From: Bacteriovoracaceae bacterium
GTDB taxonomy: Bacteria > Bdellovibrionota > Bacteriovoracia > Bacteriovoracales > Bacteriovoracaceae
NCBI GenBank assembly: GCA_018649885.1
Contig: JABIHA010000094.1
Location: 62,001 to 119,554, forward strand
Reading direction: 5' to 3'
DNA length: 57,554 nt
Shown: positions 20,176 through 30,808 of the stretch, piece by piece
Numbering within the stretch: position 1 is the stretch's first letter
Layout: every line of letters starts with the position of its first letter
Position numbers and translations under genes: made by a program
Notes under the pieces: generated by a model
What the model was told of the DNA's origin: nothing
Database searches by the model: none
Seen by the model: only the letters and a program-made list of their open reading frames with translations

Positions 20176-21787
20176 TTCTAAAATTAAATTTACTCCGCTA
20201 GGAGGAGTTGCTGAAATTGGCTCTAACATGATGCTAGTTGAAAGCGAAAAGAGCTGCATTCTCATAGACTCTGGAATTCTTTTTCCCTATGAAAGCCTCT
20301 TTGACATCGACTACCTCATTCCAGATATGTCTGTACTTGATAAAAAAAAGGTTACCGATATAATCTATACCCACGGACATGAAGACCATATTGGAGCAGT
20401 TCCACATATTATTGAAAAATTTCCAAAGATAAAAATCCACTGCTCTAGCCTCACCAGAAAATTTTTACTTAAAAGATTGTGGAGTGACCAGTCCATGCCA
20501 GAAATCTCTCTTTTTGATGATCAATCAGAAATTGAGTTCGATGACTTTGTCGTGCACCCTATCCACGTTAATCACTCAATCCCACAAACATTTGGGCTCC
20601 ATTTTAAAATCAGCAAAAAGAGTATTTTTTATGCTTCAGATTTTAAAGTGGTAAAAGATTGTGTCTATGAAAAGGATTTTGATTTTAAAAGACTGGAAGA
20701 GCTATCAAAGGATTGCAAACAAAGAACACTCTTTGCTGATTCAACCAATATTTTAAAAAGGCAGGATTCTCTTTCCGAAACGGATCTGGTGGAGCCCATT
20801 AAAAAAATCATTAAAACTGCAAAACACTGGTCTTATATAACCTTTTTTTCCTCAAATATTTATCGACTCAAATCGATTTTGACAATTTCCAAAGAACTTG
20901 GAAAACAAGTCGTTCTATACGGCCGCTCAGTACAGGATAATTTTGATATCGCTAGAGACGAAGGAATTATTGGAGAAGATCTAGCAAAAGTCATTACCCC
21001 CTTTGCGGAAGTTAAAAAAGATCATAAAAATTTAGTCATCTGTCTTTCAGGTTGCCAAGGAGACTTTAGAGGAGCGCTAAATAGAGTTAGTAGTGGTGCA
21101 CATCCAGTATTTAAAATTAGAAAAGATGATCAATTAATATATAGTGCCAAATCCATTCCTGGAAACGAATCAACCGTAACCAGGCTCTTTAATCGAATAG
21201 TGGATTCAAAGGGAATCGTTTATACAGATTTTGAAGGTGAAATTCACGCCTCAGGCCATGCATCCAGAGAGGATTTAATTAATTTAATTTCTCGCTACGG
21301 GCCAAACCACTACATTCCTATCCATGGAAGCTCATACTTTCTTGAAAAAAACATTGAGCTTTCAAAAAGTGAATTCCCTAAAGTTAAAACTCATTCCATG
21401 AGAAATCACCACGAGCTTTGCTTTGATAGTGATAAGGGATGGAAAATAAAAGAAAAGGAGATCCTCCCTCCAAAGCTAATATATTCAAAGAATACCACTA
21501 TCGATAGAAAGACTATTTCACAGAGAAGAAAAATTGCACAGGCAGGCCTTGTACTCATAAATATTTCGATTTCGCGTGGAGCCAATCTTGAGATTGACCC
21601 CATTGGACTGCCCGAAGAAGCAAACGAGCTCTGCGAGCTCCTAAGTTCTGAAATCTCGGAAATCTTTCTTGTTAAAACTAAAAGGTTGAGCCAGAATGAT
21701 TTAAAAGAGGAGATTAGAATTTTTGCACGAAAATTTTTATCCACACACCTTGGTAAAAAACCAATTGTGCGAGTTAGTCTTTTTTAA
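20165..21787 (+). CDS. rnj: Ribonuclease J
   Basis: PLGGVAEIGSN, THGHEDHIGA, HSIP, DSTN, IPGNE, HASGH, PIHG; start set to ATG 20165. Confidence 0.9.
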   Translation: MSANSKIKFTPLGGVAEIGSNMMLVESEKSCILIDSGILFPYESLFDIDYLIPDMSVLDKKKVTDIIYTHGHEDHIGAVPHIIEKFPKIKIHCSSLTRKFLLKRLWSDQSMPEISLFDDQSEIEFDDFVVHPIHVNHSIPQTFGLHFKISKKSIFYASDFKVVKDCVYEKDFDFKRLEELSKDCKQRTLFADSTNILKRQDSLSETDLVEPIKKIIKTAKHWSYITFFSSNIYRLKSILTISKELGKQVVLYGRSVQDNFDIARDEGIIGEDLAKVITPFAEVKKDHKNLVICLSGCQGDFRGALNRVSSGAHPVFKIRKDDQLIYSAKSIPGNESTVTRLFNRIVDSKGIVYTDFEGEIHASGHASREDLINLISRYGPNHYIPIHGSSYFLEKNIELSKSEFPKVKTHSMRNHHELCFDSDKGWKIKEKEILPPKLIYSKNTTIDRKTISQRRKIAQAGLVLINISISRGANLEIDPIGLPEEANELCELLSSEISEIFLVKTKRLSQNDLKEEIRIFARKFLSTHLGKKPIVRVSLF

Positions 21788-21790
21788 TAC

Positions 21791-22321
21791 ATGGAATTTT
21801 TAACTGTTATTTTCGTAATTTTCACCTGCCTTTCCACCACAATTCTTGCTGTGATTCTTTATCTCATTTACAAAAATCAAGTTCAGCTCAATATGATCTT
21901 AAAAAAAGAAAGTCCTACAGAAAACCCTGTAGAACATAAAAGAGTTTCCACTACAACCTGTGTGAATCATCCCGACAATAGAGCAAAGGGATCCTGCAGT
22001 ATTTGTGAAAGTTACTATTGTGAACTATGCCTTCGGCAAAAAGTTAATATTCCCGTTTGCAGTGACCACCTATCCATCGTCACCGACAATAAGTGGATTC
22101 CTGTTAAAACAATCTACTCAACACCCGACAATCCTGAAAATGGCCTCGAGTTCCACGACCTAAAAAGATTTCACTGGAAGGAAAACCAAATCCCCTCCTA
22201 TATCGAAACCCAGTACAAAATCAATCTAGACAACGAAGCAATCGAAAGCTTCATCACCCTCTACACTACAGAAAAGCATCTCTCCTTGTTCACAAAAAAA
22301 AGCACCGATAAAAATGCCTAA
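21791..22321 (+). CDS. Membrane-anchored B-box-like zinc-finger protein
   Basis: N-terminal TM helix; CxxHP..CxxC..CxxC..CxxH. Confidence 0.7.
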   Translation: MEFLTVIFVIFTCLSTTILAVILYLIYKNQVQLNMILKKESPTENPVEHKRVSTTTCVNHPDNRAKGSCSICESYYCELCLRQKVNIPVCSDHLSIVTDNKWIPVKTIYSTPDNPENGLEFHDLKRFHWKENQIPSYIETQYKINLDNEAIESFITLYTTEKHLSLFTKKSTDKNA

Positions 22322-22458
22322 TAATTCATTTCTTTAAACACTTCATCCTAGTGAAATTAATGCGACGTCCCCAAAAATGCTTCGCTTAGATTAATATTTA
22401 ACACTTGAAATTGTAAAAAATTTAAAGGCATTCTATTCAAGAATAATCCAATTTATTT

Positions 22459-22481
22459 ATTAATTAATTAATTAATTAATT
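22459..22481. repeat. (ATTA)n microsatellite, about 5.75 units
   Basis: attaattaattaattaattaatt in the promoter region of 22511. Confidence 0.8.
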
Positions 22482-22510
22482 CTAAATTATTTGCTAACAA
22501 AGGAAAACTC

Positions 22511-22786
22511 ATGAAATTTATTTTAACATGTCTATTCGCAGTATTATCTATTAACCTCTTTGCGTATTCTGATTCTAGTAACAACCTCATTTCCCATGAG
22601 ATCTCTTCGAAACCCGGTTCAAAAACAGATCAAGAGCTTAGTGAGCAATGTAAATCTGAATTAAAGAAAAAGTTTAAAGAAAGATTACACGGAAAAGGGC
22701 TGTATTATCTAAGTATTAAAGAAAGCCATTTCCATGACGATCAAGGAAAAAGAAACTGTATTTGTCGTGCAAATGTTTTCTTATAA
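22511..22786 (+). CDS. Small secreted hypothetical protein
   Basis: RBS AAGGA, signal peptide MKFILTCLFAVLSINLFA. Confidence 0.7.
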   Translation: MKFILTCLFAVLSINLFAYSDSSNNLISHEISSKPGSKTDQELSEQCKSELKKKFKERLHGKGLYYLSIKESHFHDDQGKRNCICRANVFL

Positions 22787-22813
22787 TAAAAAACCTGAAT
22801 AAATCCAAATTTA

Positions 22814-23656
22814 TCAAATAAAATGGTAGTGCATACTTTCACCGATTTTTTTGTATCCGATTTTTCGATAAATGGAATTTGAAGTGGGATTTAAAAGGTC
22901 GGTAAATAAGTTGCACTTTTTCTTACCGCTTTCCAGTACTCGCTTCGATAAATAAGCAGTAACTAAACTGCCATAGCCATTTCCTCTATGGTGCTCAGGG
23001 GTGAATACCATTGAAATGGTCGCTGCATTTTTTGATTCCCTGGCCACTGCTGCCATTGATACAATTTCGCCACTTTTAAGTTTCCAAACATAGAGAGTTT
23101 TGTTTCTAATTTGCCTGTTAAGAATTTCAATGTACCTCTTATCAACTTCTTGCTCTTCTGGAAAACAATCTCTGACAAATCCCTCAACAAGGACTGTTAA
23201 TTTATCTAGGTCGCGCTCGTCAGCAAAAACAAGTTCTCCGCCACTATTTTTTGGAAGTTTTACCTCTAGTAGCTCATAAATACCTTGGTGCATTCCTAAA
23301 TTAGTCTTCGAGCTCCACTGCTTTGAAAAAAGGGAGCTAGGCTTTGAAGGGCCAACCACCCCCTTAAGGGTAATATTTTCTTTTTTAAAAAATTCACAAA
23401 GATGGATTATCCCTCCATCAATAATTCTTGAAACCACCAAAGGCCTTGATGGGTTTGAGAGCAATGCTTGCCCTGCTAATTTACCATTTTGGATTATTGA
23501 AAGAAAAAGTGGGTCACTCGCTTCTATTTCACTTTTCTGGATACCACACGCAAGGCCTAGAATTAAATTATTTATAGATTCACTTTTAAGTAAGTGCTCT
23601 TCATTACGAAAAAGAAAGTCATTTGCTGTTTTAAATTTCTCTATTTTAAAGTCCAT
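22814..23656 (-). CDS. GNAT family N-acetyltransferase
   Basis: VFTPEHHRGNGYG, LFTDLLNPTSNSIYRKIGY; ATG 23656 preferred because the upstream TTG lies in the ftsZ terminator. Confidence 0.85.
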   Translation of the reverse strand: MDFKIEKFKTANDFLFRNEEHLLKSESINNLILGLACGIQKSEIEASDPLFLSIIQNGKLAGQALLSNPSRPLVVSRIIDGGIIHLCEFFKKENITLKGVVGPSKPSSLFSKQWSSKTNLGMHQGIYELLEVKLPKNSGGELVFADERDLDKLTVLVEGFVRDCFPEEQEVDKRYIEILNRQIRNKTLYVWKLKSGEIVSMAAVARESKNAATISMVFTPEHHRGNGYGSLVTAYLSKRVLESGKKKCNLFTDLLNPTSNSIYRKIGYKKIGESMHYHFI

Positions 23657-23666
23657 CTTTTCTACC

Positions 23667-23696
23667 AAAAAAAAGCTCCCAAATGGGAGCTTTTTT
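23667..23696 (-). terminator. Intrinsic terminator after ftsZ (bidirectional form)
   Basis: AAAAAAGCTCCC-AAAT-GGGAGCTTTTTT. Confidence 0.85.
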
Positions 23697-23718
23697 CATC
23701 ATTCAAACTATTAGTAAT

Positions 23719-25242
23719 CTAGTTTTTCATTGAATCATTGCGAGTGCGCTCATCACGACGAAGATATGAAGGAGTATCAAACTCGTCTTCTTCGAAGTTT
23801 ATGAAGCCTAGTCTCTCGGCAATAGTCTTACCCTTACTTCCGGCTGCATCTTTTGGTCCATCATATGTATTAAGATTTCCAGAATTTGCATCTCTTCTTT
23901 CAGACATTCTTTCATCAACATCCATGGACTTTCCATGATCGTATTTTGCTGCTGCTTCTTTAATTGATTGAGCTAAGTTACTTGGTGCCTGTCCCCGATT
24001 TGATTGAGCCTCATATTCCATATTAGTAGGAGCATCATCCATCATCTGCATTTGATCGTCTTCTCTACGATATTCAGTGGTAGCAGCTTCTCTGGCTTCC
24101 ATTCTTTCTGGAGCCACGTGGACAATCTCTTCTTCATATTGAGGTTCTGAATAATTTCCAGTAGAAGCACTCATATAAGTATTAGCAGCTGGCCCTTGCA
24201 TATCCATTTGAGCATCTATATTTTCTCTTACTTCTGTTCTTCTCGGACTTGGTCTGTTTGCAAGCATATCTTTTTCTCTTCCGCCAAGACCTGTTGCAAT
24301 TACAGTTACTTTGATTTCATCATTCATATTGTCATCAATAACAGTTCCAAAGATGATTTCGGCATCTTCATCTGCTGCTTCCATGATCAGTGTAACCGCT
24401 TCATTGGTTTCAAAAGTTGTTAAACTTGCGTTACCAGTGATGTTGATGATAATTCCTGTAGCCCCATTGATGCTAATATCTTCAAGCAGTGGTGAGCTAA
24501 TGGCTTCAGTAGCAGCTTTGATCGCCCTTTCCTCTCCGCTACATACTCCAGTTCCCATAAGGGCAAGACCCTTATTGGCCATCACTGTTGCAACATCGGC
24601 AAAGTCAGCATTAATAAGACCTGTATTATTAATTAAATCAGAAATACCTTGAACGGCATGAAGCAGAACCTCATCCGCCTTCTTAAAAGTATCTATCAAC
24701 GATAGACTTTCACCTGCAAGGTATAAAAGTCTTTGATTAGGAATCGTAATAAGGGAATCCACACACTCTTCAAGAGATACAATCCCACTTTCAGCTTGCT
24801 TGAATCTTTTCTTTCCTTCAAATAAGAAAGGCTTAGTCACAACACCAACTGTCAGTGCACCCAACTCTTTTGCAAGTTTTGCAATTATTGGCCCTGCGCC
24901 TGTTCCTGTGCCTCCGCCCATCCCAGCAGTAACAAAAACCATATCAGCACCCTCGAGTACCTGACTTAGAGTTTCATATTCCTCAAGAGCAGCTTTGCGA
25001 CCTATTTCAGGATTTGCTCCCGCTCCGAGTCCCTTGGTAATCTCCGATCCCAACTGAACCTTTGTTGGGGCCATGCTCGCATTCAATGCCTGTGAGTCAG
25101 TATTTGCCACAATATATTCAACGCCAGATAATCCAGCTTTAATCATTGTATTTACAGCATTACAGCCACCGCCCCCAACTCCAATAACTTTTATCTTTGC
25201 TCCGGTCGCACTAACATTTTCGCCATCAGATATTTCAAACAT
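23719..25242 (-). CDS. ftsZ: Cell division protein FtsZ
   Basis: [15 protein letters not shown] start, [16 protein letters not shown]-terminal FDTPSYLR; start at ATG 25242 with GGAGGAG RBS. Confidence 0.97.
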   Translation of the reverse strand: MFEISDGENVSATGAKIKVIGVGGGGCNAVNTMIKAGLSGVEYIVANTDSQALNASMAPTKVQLGSEITKGLGAGANPEIGRKAALEEYETLSQVLEGADMVFVTAGMGGGTGTGAGPIIAKLAKELGALTVGVVTKPFLFEGKKRFKQAESGIVSLEECVDSLITIPNQRLLYLAGESLSLIDTFKKADEVLLHAVQGISDLINNTGLINADFADVATVMANKGLALMGTGVCSGEERAIKAATEAISSPLLEDISINGATGIIINITGNASLTTFETNEAVTLIMEAADEDAEIIFGTVIDDNMNDEIKVTVIATGLGGREKDMLANRPSPRRTEVRENIDAQMDMQGPAANTYMSASTGNYSEPQYEEEIVHVAPERMEAREAATTEYRREDDQMQMMDDAPTNMEYEAQSNRGQAPSNLAQSIKEAAAKYDHGKSMDVDERMSERRDANSGNLNTYDGPKDAAGSKGKTIAERLGFINFEEDEFDTPSYLRRDERTRNDSMKN

Positions 25243-25255
25243 ATACTCCTCCACA

Positions 25256-26494
25256 TTAAAAAATTTCTTTAAGAACATTTTTCATTGAATTGCTCAAGCG
25301 AGCAATTATATCACTTTGCTTAACTAAGCTGTTATCTTTTTCAACATTTGCTTTTGAAAGTTTATGCGACTCCAGCAGTAAACCAATTGCTGTGGAATAC
25401 TTTGGACTTTGCATAATATTAGTCATTCCACCAAGAGATTTCGGATGTCCTATTTTCACAGGTATCTCTAGTACATACTCTCCAAGCTCAACAATACCTT
25501 TAATTAAAGAGCCTCCGCCTGTGAAAATTATTCCACCGGCTATTTCATGCTCACTAACTTTTTCATCTAGAATTTCTTTTATGGTTCGAAGTAACTCTTC
25601 TGCGCGAGCTTCGAGTACCTTTGTCACTATTTTAAGTGGCACATCCCGAGGTTTTGTTCCGACAATACCTTGGGCTTGTATCAATTTTGACTGGTTCGTT
25701 TTCTCTGGGATTACACAGCCGAGCTCTGTTTTTATTCTCTCTGCTTCTATATGAGAAATTTTTAGCGCTACTGATAAGTCATTAGTGAAGTGTTGGCCGC
25801 CAACTGGAATAATTTGTGAATGTAGTAAACATCCATTACTCCAAATTGCCACGTCAGTTGTTCCACCACCAATATCAACAAGTACTACTCCCAATTCTTT
25901 TTCTTCTTCAGATAAAACTGATTCCGAAGAGGCTATTGGTTGGAGCACAATTTTAATGGGAATGACACCTGACTCTTCAACACACTTAACAAGGTTTTGT
26001 ATAAGAGAGACAGCTCCCGTGACAATATGAACTTTTACTTCGAGCCGAACGCCAAACATTCCAATAGGGTTTTTAATACCTTTTGAATTATCAACTTTAA
26101 ACTCTTGCGGGATAACATGGATTATTTCTCTGTCCGAAGGCATGACAACTGCTTTTGCAGCTTCAACTACCCGGTGAACATCTTCAAGCGTAACCTCTTC
26201 ACCTCTAACAGCAACAACGCCAGAGCTATTAAAGCTATAGATATGATTTCCAGCAACACCGACACTTACTTGGTCGATTTCTACGCCGGCCATAAGCTTT
26301 GCTTGCTCGAGAGATTTTTGAATTGATACAATTGTCTGGTCGATATTTACGACCGCACCTTTTTTAAGGCCTTGACTTGGATGAGAGCCCACTCCAATTA
26401 TTTCTAGTTCTGAATTATCGTTTTGAAAACCGATGACGGTGCAGACTTTAGTAGTGCCAATATCTAAGCCAACTTTGACTTCTCTTTCAATCAT
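25256..26494 (-). CDS. ftsA: Cell division protein FtsA
   Basis: [30 protein letters not shown]. Confidence 0.95.
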   Translation of the reverse strand: MIEREVKVGLDIGTTKVCTVIGFQNDNSELEIIGVGSHPSQGLKKGAVVNIDQTIVSIQKSLEQAKLMAGVEIDQVSVGVAGNHIYSFNSSGVVAVRGEEVTLEDVHRVVEAAKAVVMPSDREIIHVIPQEFKVDNSKGIKNPIGMFGVRLEVKVHIVTGAVSLIQNLVKCVEESGVIPIKIVLQPIASSESVLSEEEKELGVVLVDIGGGTTDVAIWSNGCLLHSQIIPVGGQHFTNDLSVALKISHIEAERIKTELGCVIPEKTNQSKLIQAQGIVGTKPRDVPLKIVTKVLEARAEELLRTIKEILDEKVSEHEIAGGIIFTGGGSLIKGIVELGEYVLEIPVKIGHPKSLGGMTNIMQSPKYSTAIGLLLESHKLSKANVEKDNSLVKQSDIIARLSNSMKNVLKEIF

Positions 26495-26585
26495 GAGATT
26501 CCCTTCTCACTCGCGCACATTGATGGAAAGATGGATTCATTCCATCCCATTGTTTAGGATAATACCCTAAACCCCTTTATATATC

Positions 26586-27344
26586 CTAGGAATTGTCTGA
26601 GAACTTGACAACAACTTTCTTTGAGTTTGAAAGATTTATAATAAGTGGAACCCTACGCTTCTTCTCCATATAAGAAATAAGCTTTTGAAGTTTTAATACT
26701 TTAGTCTTCCACTCTGCCTTTCCAAGGAATGCACTTGAAGGCTTTCCTCTAACTGACAATATAATTGTCAGAGCATTGTCATCAGATATTATCATCTCTG
26801 CTAACTTTGAGCGAAACTTGTCTTTTACTAATTTTATCAAGTATGCCAATTTTTTTTGAAGTTCAATATCGAGCCTCGAAAGTGGGATGGATATTACCGG
26901 AAGCTCTTTTTTGAGTTTTTTCTCGCCCCTTAGTAGGACCTCATAAGTGGGATCAAATAACTCACCATTTTCAACAAGTATTGCGCTATATCCCTCTTGT
27001 CCCTCTTCTTTATATACCTGAACCTTGAGAAGTGGGGCCGGACATTCATAAAAAAACGTCAGGAAATTGGAAACTTGGTTGTATTTAATTTTATAAGAGG
27101 ACAGGAAGTGCTTCTCTTTTAGACCTTCTCTTATAAATTTCTTCTTTAAACTTCTAAGCGACTTTGTTCTTTCATACTCAGACAAAAGCTCGAGGGTTAG
27201 ATTGCCAACGACCCTTGAGGGACAGCTTCCAAAGTAGGTTTTGTAATTTATTGAACGCTTTTTCATCATCGGCTTAGAAAAAGCTGATAAGGATACAGCA
27301 AATAATAGGCTTAAAATCAAAATAATTCTATGAACCCTATTCAA
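26586..27344 (-). CDS. Divergent FtsQ/DivIB-position protein
   Basis: Lies between murB and ftsA; N-terminal hydrophobic segment; C-terminal INLS..KKVVVK resembles the FtsQ tail (IDLR..VVV). Confidence 0.5.
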   Translation of the reverse strand: MNRVHRIILILSLLFAVSLSAFSKPMMKKRSINYKTYFGSCPSRVVGNLTLELLSEYERTKSLRSLKKKFIREGLKEKHFLSSYKIKYNQVSNFLTFFYECPAPLLKVQVYKEEGQEGYSAILVENGELFDPTYEVLLRGEKKLKKELPVISIPLSRLDIELQKKLAYLIKLVKDKFRSKLAEMIISDDNALTIILSVRGKPSSAFLGKAEWKTKVLKLQKLISYMEKKRRVPLIINLSNSKKVVVKFSDNS

Positions 27345-28230
27345 TTTTTACCTCTGGTTGAAATAAAACACCGTAGTATAGGTACAATTCATCGGAAACG
27401 AGCTCAACCATTTCCTTAAAACTATTATAGGAGGCATTTCCGATATTTTCCATAAAATTAGCGTGCTTGTGACTTATTCTTATGTCTCCTAAGGTAAATC
27501 CACTAAGTCCTAGGATATCGATACTCTTTCCGGCCCTTATTTGGTCATTATGGTTTTTAAAAACACAGCCACATGTCTTTGAATTCAATGGCTGCACATC
27601 ACTTCTCCATCTCAGATAATTTTTAATTTTCTCTCCGAGACCAACTTCAACGCCTCGGTTTTTTAAGGTGACCTCAAAAATAATGTCACCTTCTTTTAAA
27701 AAATTACAACATCTGTATGAAAAAGATTTTTCATCTACTGAATATGAAACCGTCTCCCCTTCCTTACTTACGACTCTAACCTCTGTAGCGAGAGACCCAA
27801 TTTCCCCCAAAGTCGTTCCGGCATTCATAAAAATGGCACCACCAAGAGTTGCAGGAATACCTGTGAAACTATCCCATCCCTTTAAATTGTACACAATTGC
27901 ATGCTGTGTTAGCTGAACTAGATTTAGTGAAGCCGGAAGCCTATAACTTTCTTTTTTCTCTTTAAGAATATCTTTTTCAATTTCAAACTCGAGCTTTAAA
28001 TAAATACCATCAAAGGATTGTGGAATAATTTGGTTGGCCCCCAACCCTAAAACCCTTACGCTGACTTGATTTTTATTTAACAGCACTTGAGCACTCTTTA
28101 GCTCATCAACACTTTTAATGGTGAGTAAACTCCCCGTTGCCCCGAGCTTAAAGGTGGTAAATGATGTTAAATCTGTTGATTCGGAAAATTGGTAGTTTTT
28201 TCTTAACTGACCTATGAGTTGATCGTTCAT
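27337..28230 (-). CDS. murB: UDP-N-acetylenolpyruvoylglucosamine reductase
   Basis: GIPATLGGAIFMNAG, FSYR, QP...CGCVFKN, HANF, EV. Confidence 0.92.
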   Translation of the reverse strand: MNDQLIGQLRKNYQFSESTDLTSFTTFKLGATGSLLTIKSVDELKSAQVLLNKNQVSVRVLGLGANQIIPQSFDGIYLKLEFEIEKDILKEKKESYRLPASLNLVQLTQHAIVYNLKGWDSFTGIPATLGGAIFMNAGTTLGEIGSLATEVRVVSKEGETVSYSVDEKSFSYRCCNFLKEGDIIFEVTLKNRGVEVGLGEKIKNYLRWRSDVQPLNSKTCGCVFKNHNDQIRAGKSIDILGLSGFTLGDIRISHKHANFMENIGNASYNSFKEMVELVSDELYLYYGVLFQPEVKIE

Positions 28231-29609
28231 TGCAAATTGCCAACGCTCTCTCGGGCGATTCTGCTAATTGAGCCCGCTCCCATCACTAGCACAATTGCGC
28301 TTTCACTTTGCAGTTCAGTAAGTAGGCCACCAATATCTTCCGCCTTATCAAGCATTTGAGCGAGTCCTGGATGTAAGTTGTTTATATCCATCACCAGCCT
28401 ATCAGAGTTAATACCAATGATTGGCTCCTCTCCGGCTGAATAAATTGGGGTTATATATACACTGTCAGCATTATTAAAGCTGTGTAACAAGTCTTTCCAA
28501 CTATTTTCTATTCTCGAAAATCTGTGAGGCTGATAAACCACGATGACTTTTTTGTCCCTGGTTTTCCTGGCAGTTTCAATAGTCATTTGGATTTCAGTAG
28601 GGTGGTGAGCATAGTCATCCAAAACCTCAAAATCATTCTTAGTGTAGATTAAATCAAATCTTCTTCCCACACCTCTGCATTTTTCAACACCCTTGATGAT
28701 TTGATCAAAATCAAGATCCAGTTGATGTGCAATGGAAAGAGCACCTAGGGCATTATACACATTGTGCTCTCCTGGAAGATTAATTTTAACTCTTCCAACA
28801 TCTTCTCCCTGGTAGCACAGGTCAAACTCTGAACCAAATTCAAGATGACTTATATTTGTTGCATAGTAATCATATTGATCTTTGTTTTTTTTGAGACCGA
28901 AAGTCACAATCGGACGTTTAATTTTCTTTAGTATTTGCTGGTTTCCTTTGTCATCGATATTGAGTGCACATTTGCCATAAAAGGGAATTTTATTAGCAAA
29001 CTTAACAAAGGATGAATGAAGCCGCTTTTCAGTACAATAGTACTCCATATGGTCGCATTCAATATTTGTGATAATTGAAAAAACAGGGCTGAGTAGTAGA
29101 AAAGTTCCATCAGACTCATCTGCTTCAGCAACAATAAAATCACCCTTGCCAACTTTTGCATGCCCACCAAGATTTTCAACAACACCACCAATGATGTGGG
29201 TCGGGTCTACATTGCATTCATGTAATATGGTTGCCAAAAAACTCGTAGTTGTCGTTTTCCCGTGTGTTCCAGCAACAGCTATTCCATATTTAAGTCGCAT
29301 AAGTTCTGAGAGCATTTCTGCTCTTTGAATTAGAGGAACTCCCGATTTTTTTGCTGCTTCAAATTCTGGATTTGAACTAGGGATGGCCGAACTATAGACG
29401 ACAACATCCGCACCACTTATGTGATCCTGATGGTGGCCAATTTTTACATCACAGCCCATTTTTTCTAGGCGAACAACGCTTGCTCCCCTAGCAATATCTG
29501 AACCTGAAACAAAATATCCTAGATTAACCAGCACCTCAGCGATACCGCTCATTCCAATACCACCAACGCCCACAAAGTGTACTTTGGTACGTTTCTTTCG
29601 TTTAAACAT
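28227..29609 (-). CDS. murC: UDP-N-acetylmuramate--L-alanine ligase
   Basis: GVGGIGMSG, AGTHGKTTT, EADESD, DDYAHHPTE, QPHR. Confidence 0.96.
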   Translation of the reverse strand: MFKRKKRTKVHFVGVGGIGMSGIAEVLVNLGYFVSGSDIARGASVVRLEKMGCDVKIGHHQDHISGADVVVYSSAIPSSNPEFEAAKKSGVPLIQRAEMLSELMRLKYGIAVAGTHGKTTTTSFLATILHECNVDPTHIIGGVVENLGGHAKVGKGDFIVAEADESDGTFLLLSPVFSIITNIECDHMEYYCTEKRLHSSFVKFANKIPFYGKCALNIDDKGNQQILKKIKRPIVTFGLKKNKDQYDYYATNISHLEFGSEFDLCYQGEDVGRVKINLPGEHNVYNALGALSIAHQLDLDFDQIIKGVEKCRGVGRRFDLIYTKNDFEVLDDYAHHPTEIQMTIETARKTRDKKVIVVYQPHRFSRIENSWKDLLHSFNNADSVYITPIYSAGEEPIIGINSDRLVMDINNLHPGLAQMLDKAEDIGGLLTELQSESAIVLVMGAGSISRIARESVGNLQ

Positions 29610-29624
29610 TTTTTTCTTCTTTGA

Positions 29625-30752
29625 TTAGCTCATCGCGCCTGTAGAGGGGATATTACCTTGAAATGAAATCTCCCGCAAGCCGTCTCTATAAGCTGATATA
29701 AGAAGTCCAACGGCGGCCAAATTCACCACCATGGAGGTTCCTCCATAGCTTATGAAAGGCAGATTGAGTCCTTTGGTGGGTAGAAGCCCAAGCACTACAC
29801 TCATATTCAAAAAAGCTTGAATTCCAATGGCAAAAAGTACAGCTGAAATAAATATTGCCGAAATACGGGACTTCACAGCTATTGCGAGCTTAAAACCAAG
29901 ACCCACTAGCATTAAAAAAGCGACTGCAATTAAGGCCACTCCAACAAATCCAATTTCCTCTCCAATAACGCTAAAGATGAAATCATTGTGGGCCTCGGGT
30001 AAATAAAAGAGTTTTTCATTACTGTTGCCAATCCCCTGCCCCCAAAAATGACCATTCGCGAAAGCAAGATAGCTTTGAATTATCTGAAACCCTGAGTTTT
30101 TCGGATCTTTCCAAGGATCTAGAAAAACCATTAAACGCTTGACCCGGTAGGGAGCTGAGATAAGAGCAATCATGGAAACAACAAACATTGATCCGATGAA
30201 TGAAAAAAAGTATTTTCTGGGAAATCGACTCATGAAACTCACAAACGATATAAGAAGAAGACAAATACAGAAGGTTCCATAGTCGGGCTGGAGAAGATTC
30301 ATGGACAAGGGCAAACTAAGAAAAATCCCTTTTACCCACCTCTCATTTTTGTCTAGTTCTTCAAAATTTTCAAAGTAAAACAAGGACGCTAATAAAATGG
30401 CATACTTTTCTATTTCACCTGGCTGAAATGACAATCCAAAGATTTTGATCCATCTATATGAGCCTTTGAGCTCAACTCCAATACCCGGAACAAAAGAGAG
30501 GACCAGGAAAAATGTTGAAATGCCCAAAAAAATAAAAGAATATTTATACCAAAAGCTAAATTTCGTTCGTGCAGCCACAAAAAGGGCCCCCGAGCCAAGT
30601 ACCACAAAAAATACCTGTCTTAAAAAGAAGAAGCTGGAGCTACCAAATGACTCTTTGGCGTAAATATAGCTTGAAGAAAAAACCATAATGACGCCGAACA
30701 CAATTAGCCCGGCCAAAATTAGAATCATTTGCTTGAGAGTTCTATCTTCCAT
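29625..30752 (-). CDS. ftsW: SEDS peptidoglycan glycosyltransferase FtsW
   Basis: RWI, FQPGE, QPDYG, LPEAHNDFIF, GEE, LPFISYGG; start probably ATG 30752. Confidence 0.93.
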   Translation of the reverse strand: MEDRTLKQMILILAGLIVFGVIMVFSSSYIYAKESFGSSSFFFLRQVFFVVLGSGALFVAARTKFSFWYKYSFIFLGISTFFLVLSFVPGIGVELKGSYRWIKIFGLSFQPGEIEKYAILLASLFYFENFEELDKNERWVKGIFLSLPLSMNLLQPDYGTFCICLLLISFVSFMSRFPRKYFFSFIGSMFVVSMIALISAPYRVKRLMVFLDPWKDPKNSGFQIIQSYLAFANGHFWGQGIGNSNEKLFYLPEAHNDFIFSVIGEEIGFVGVALIAVAFLMLVGLGFKLAIAVKSRISAIFISAVLFAIGIQAFLNMSVVLGLLPTKGLNLPFISYGGTSMVVNLAAVGLLISAYRDGLREISFQGNIPSTGAMS

Positions 30753-30808
30753 GATAGTTATAGGTCTCCAGGTTAGGCGAATTTTAAAAAAATTCAAACC
30801 TATACTAA

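Noticed and set aside
27560..27575. MurB catalytic Ser replaced by Cys (GCVFKN)
   Set aside because: Cys at this position is known in some MurB lineages and other motifs are intact; not treated as novel
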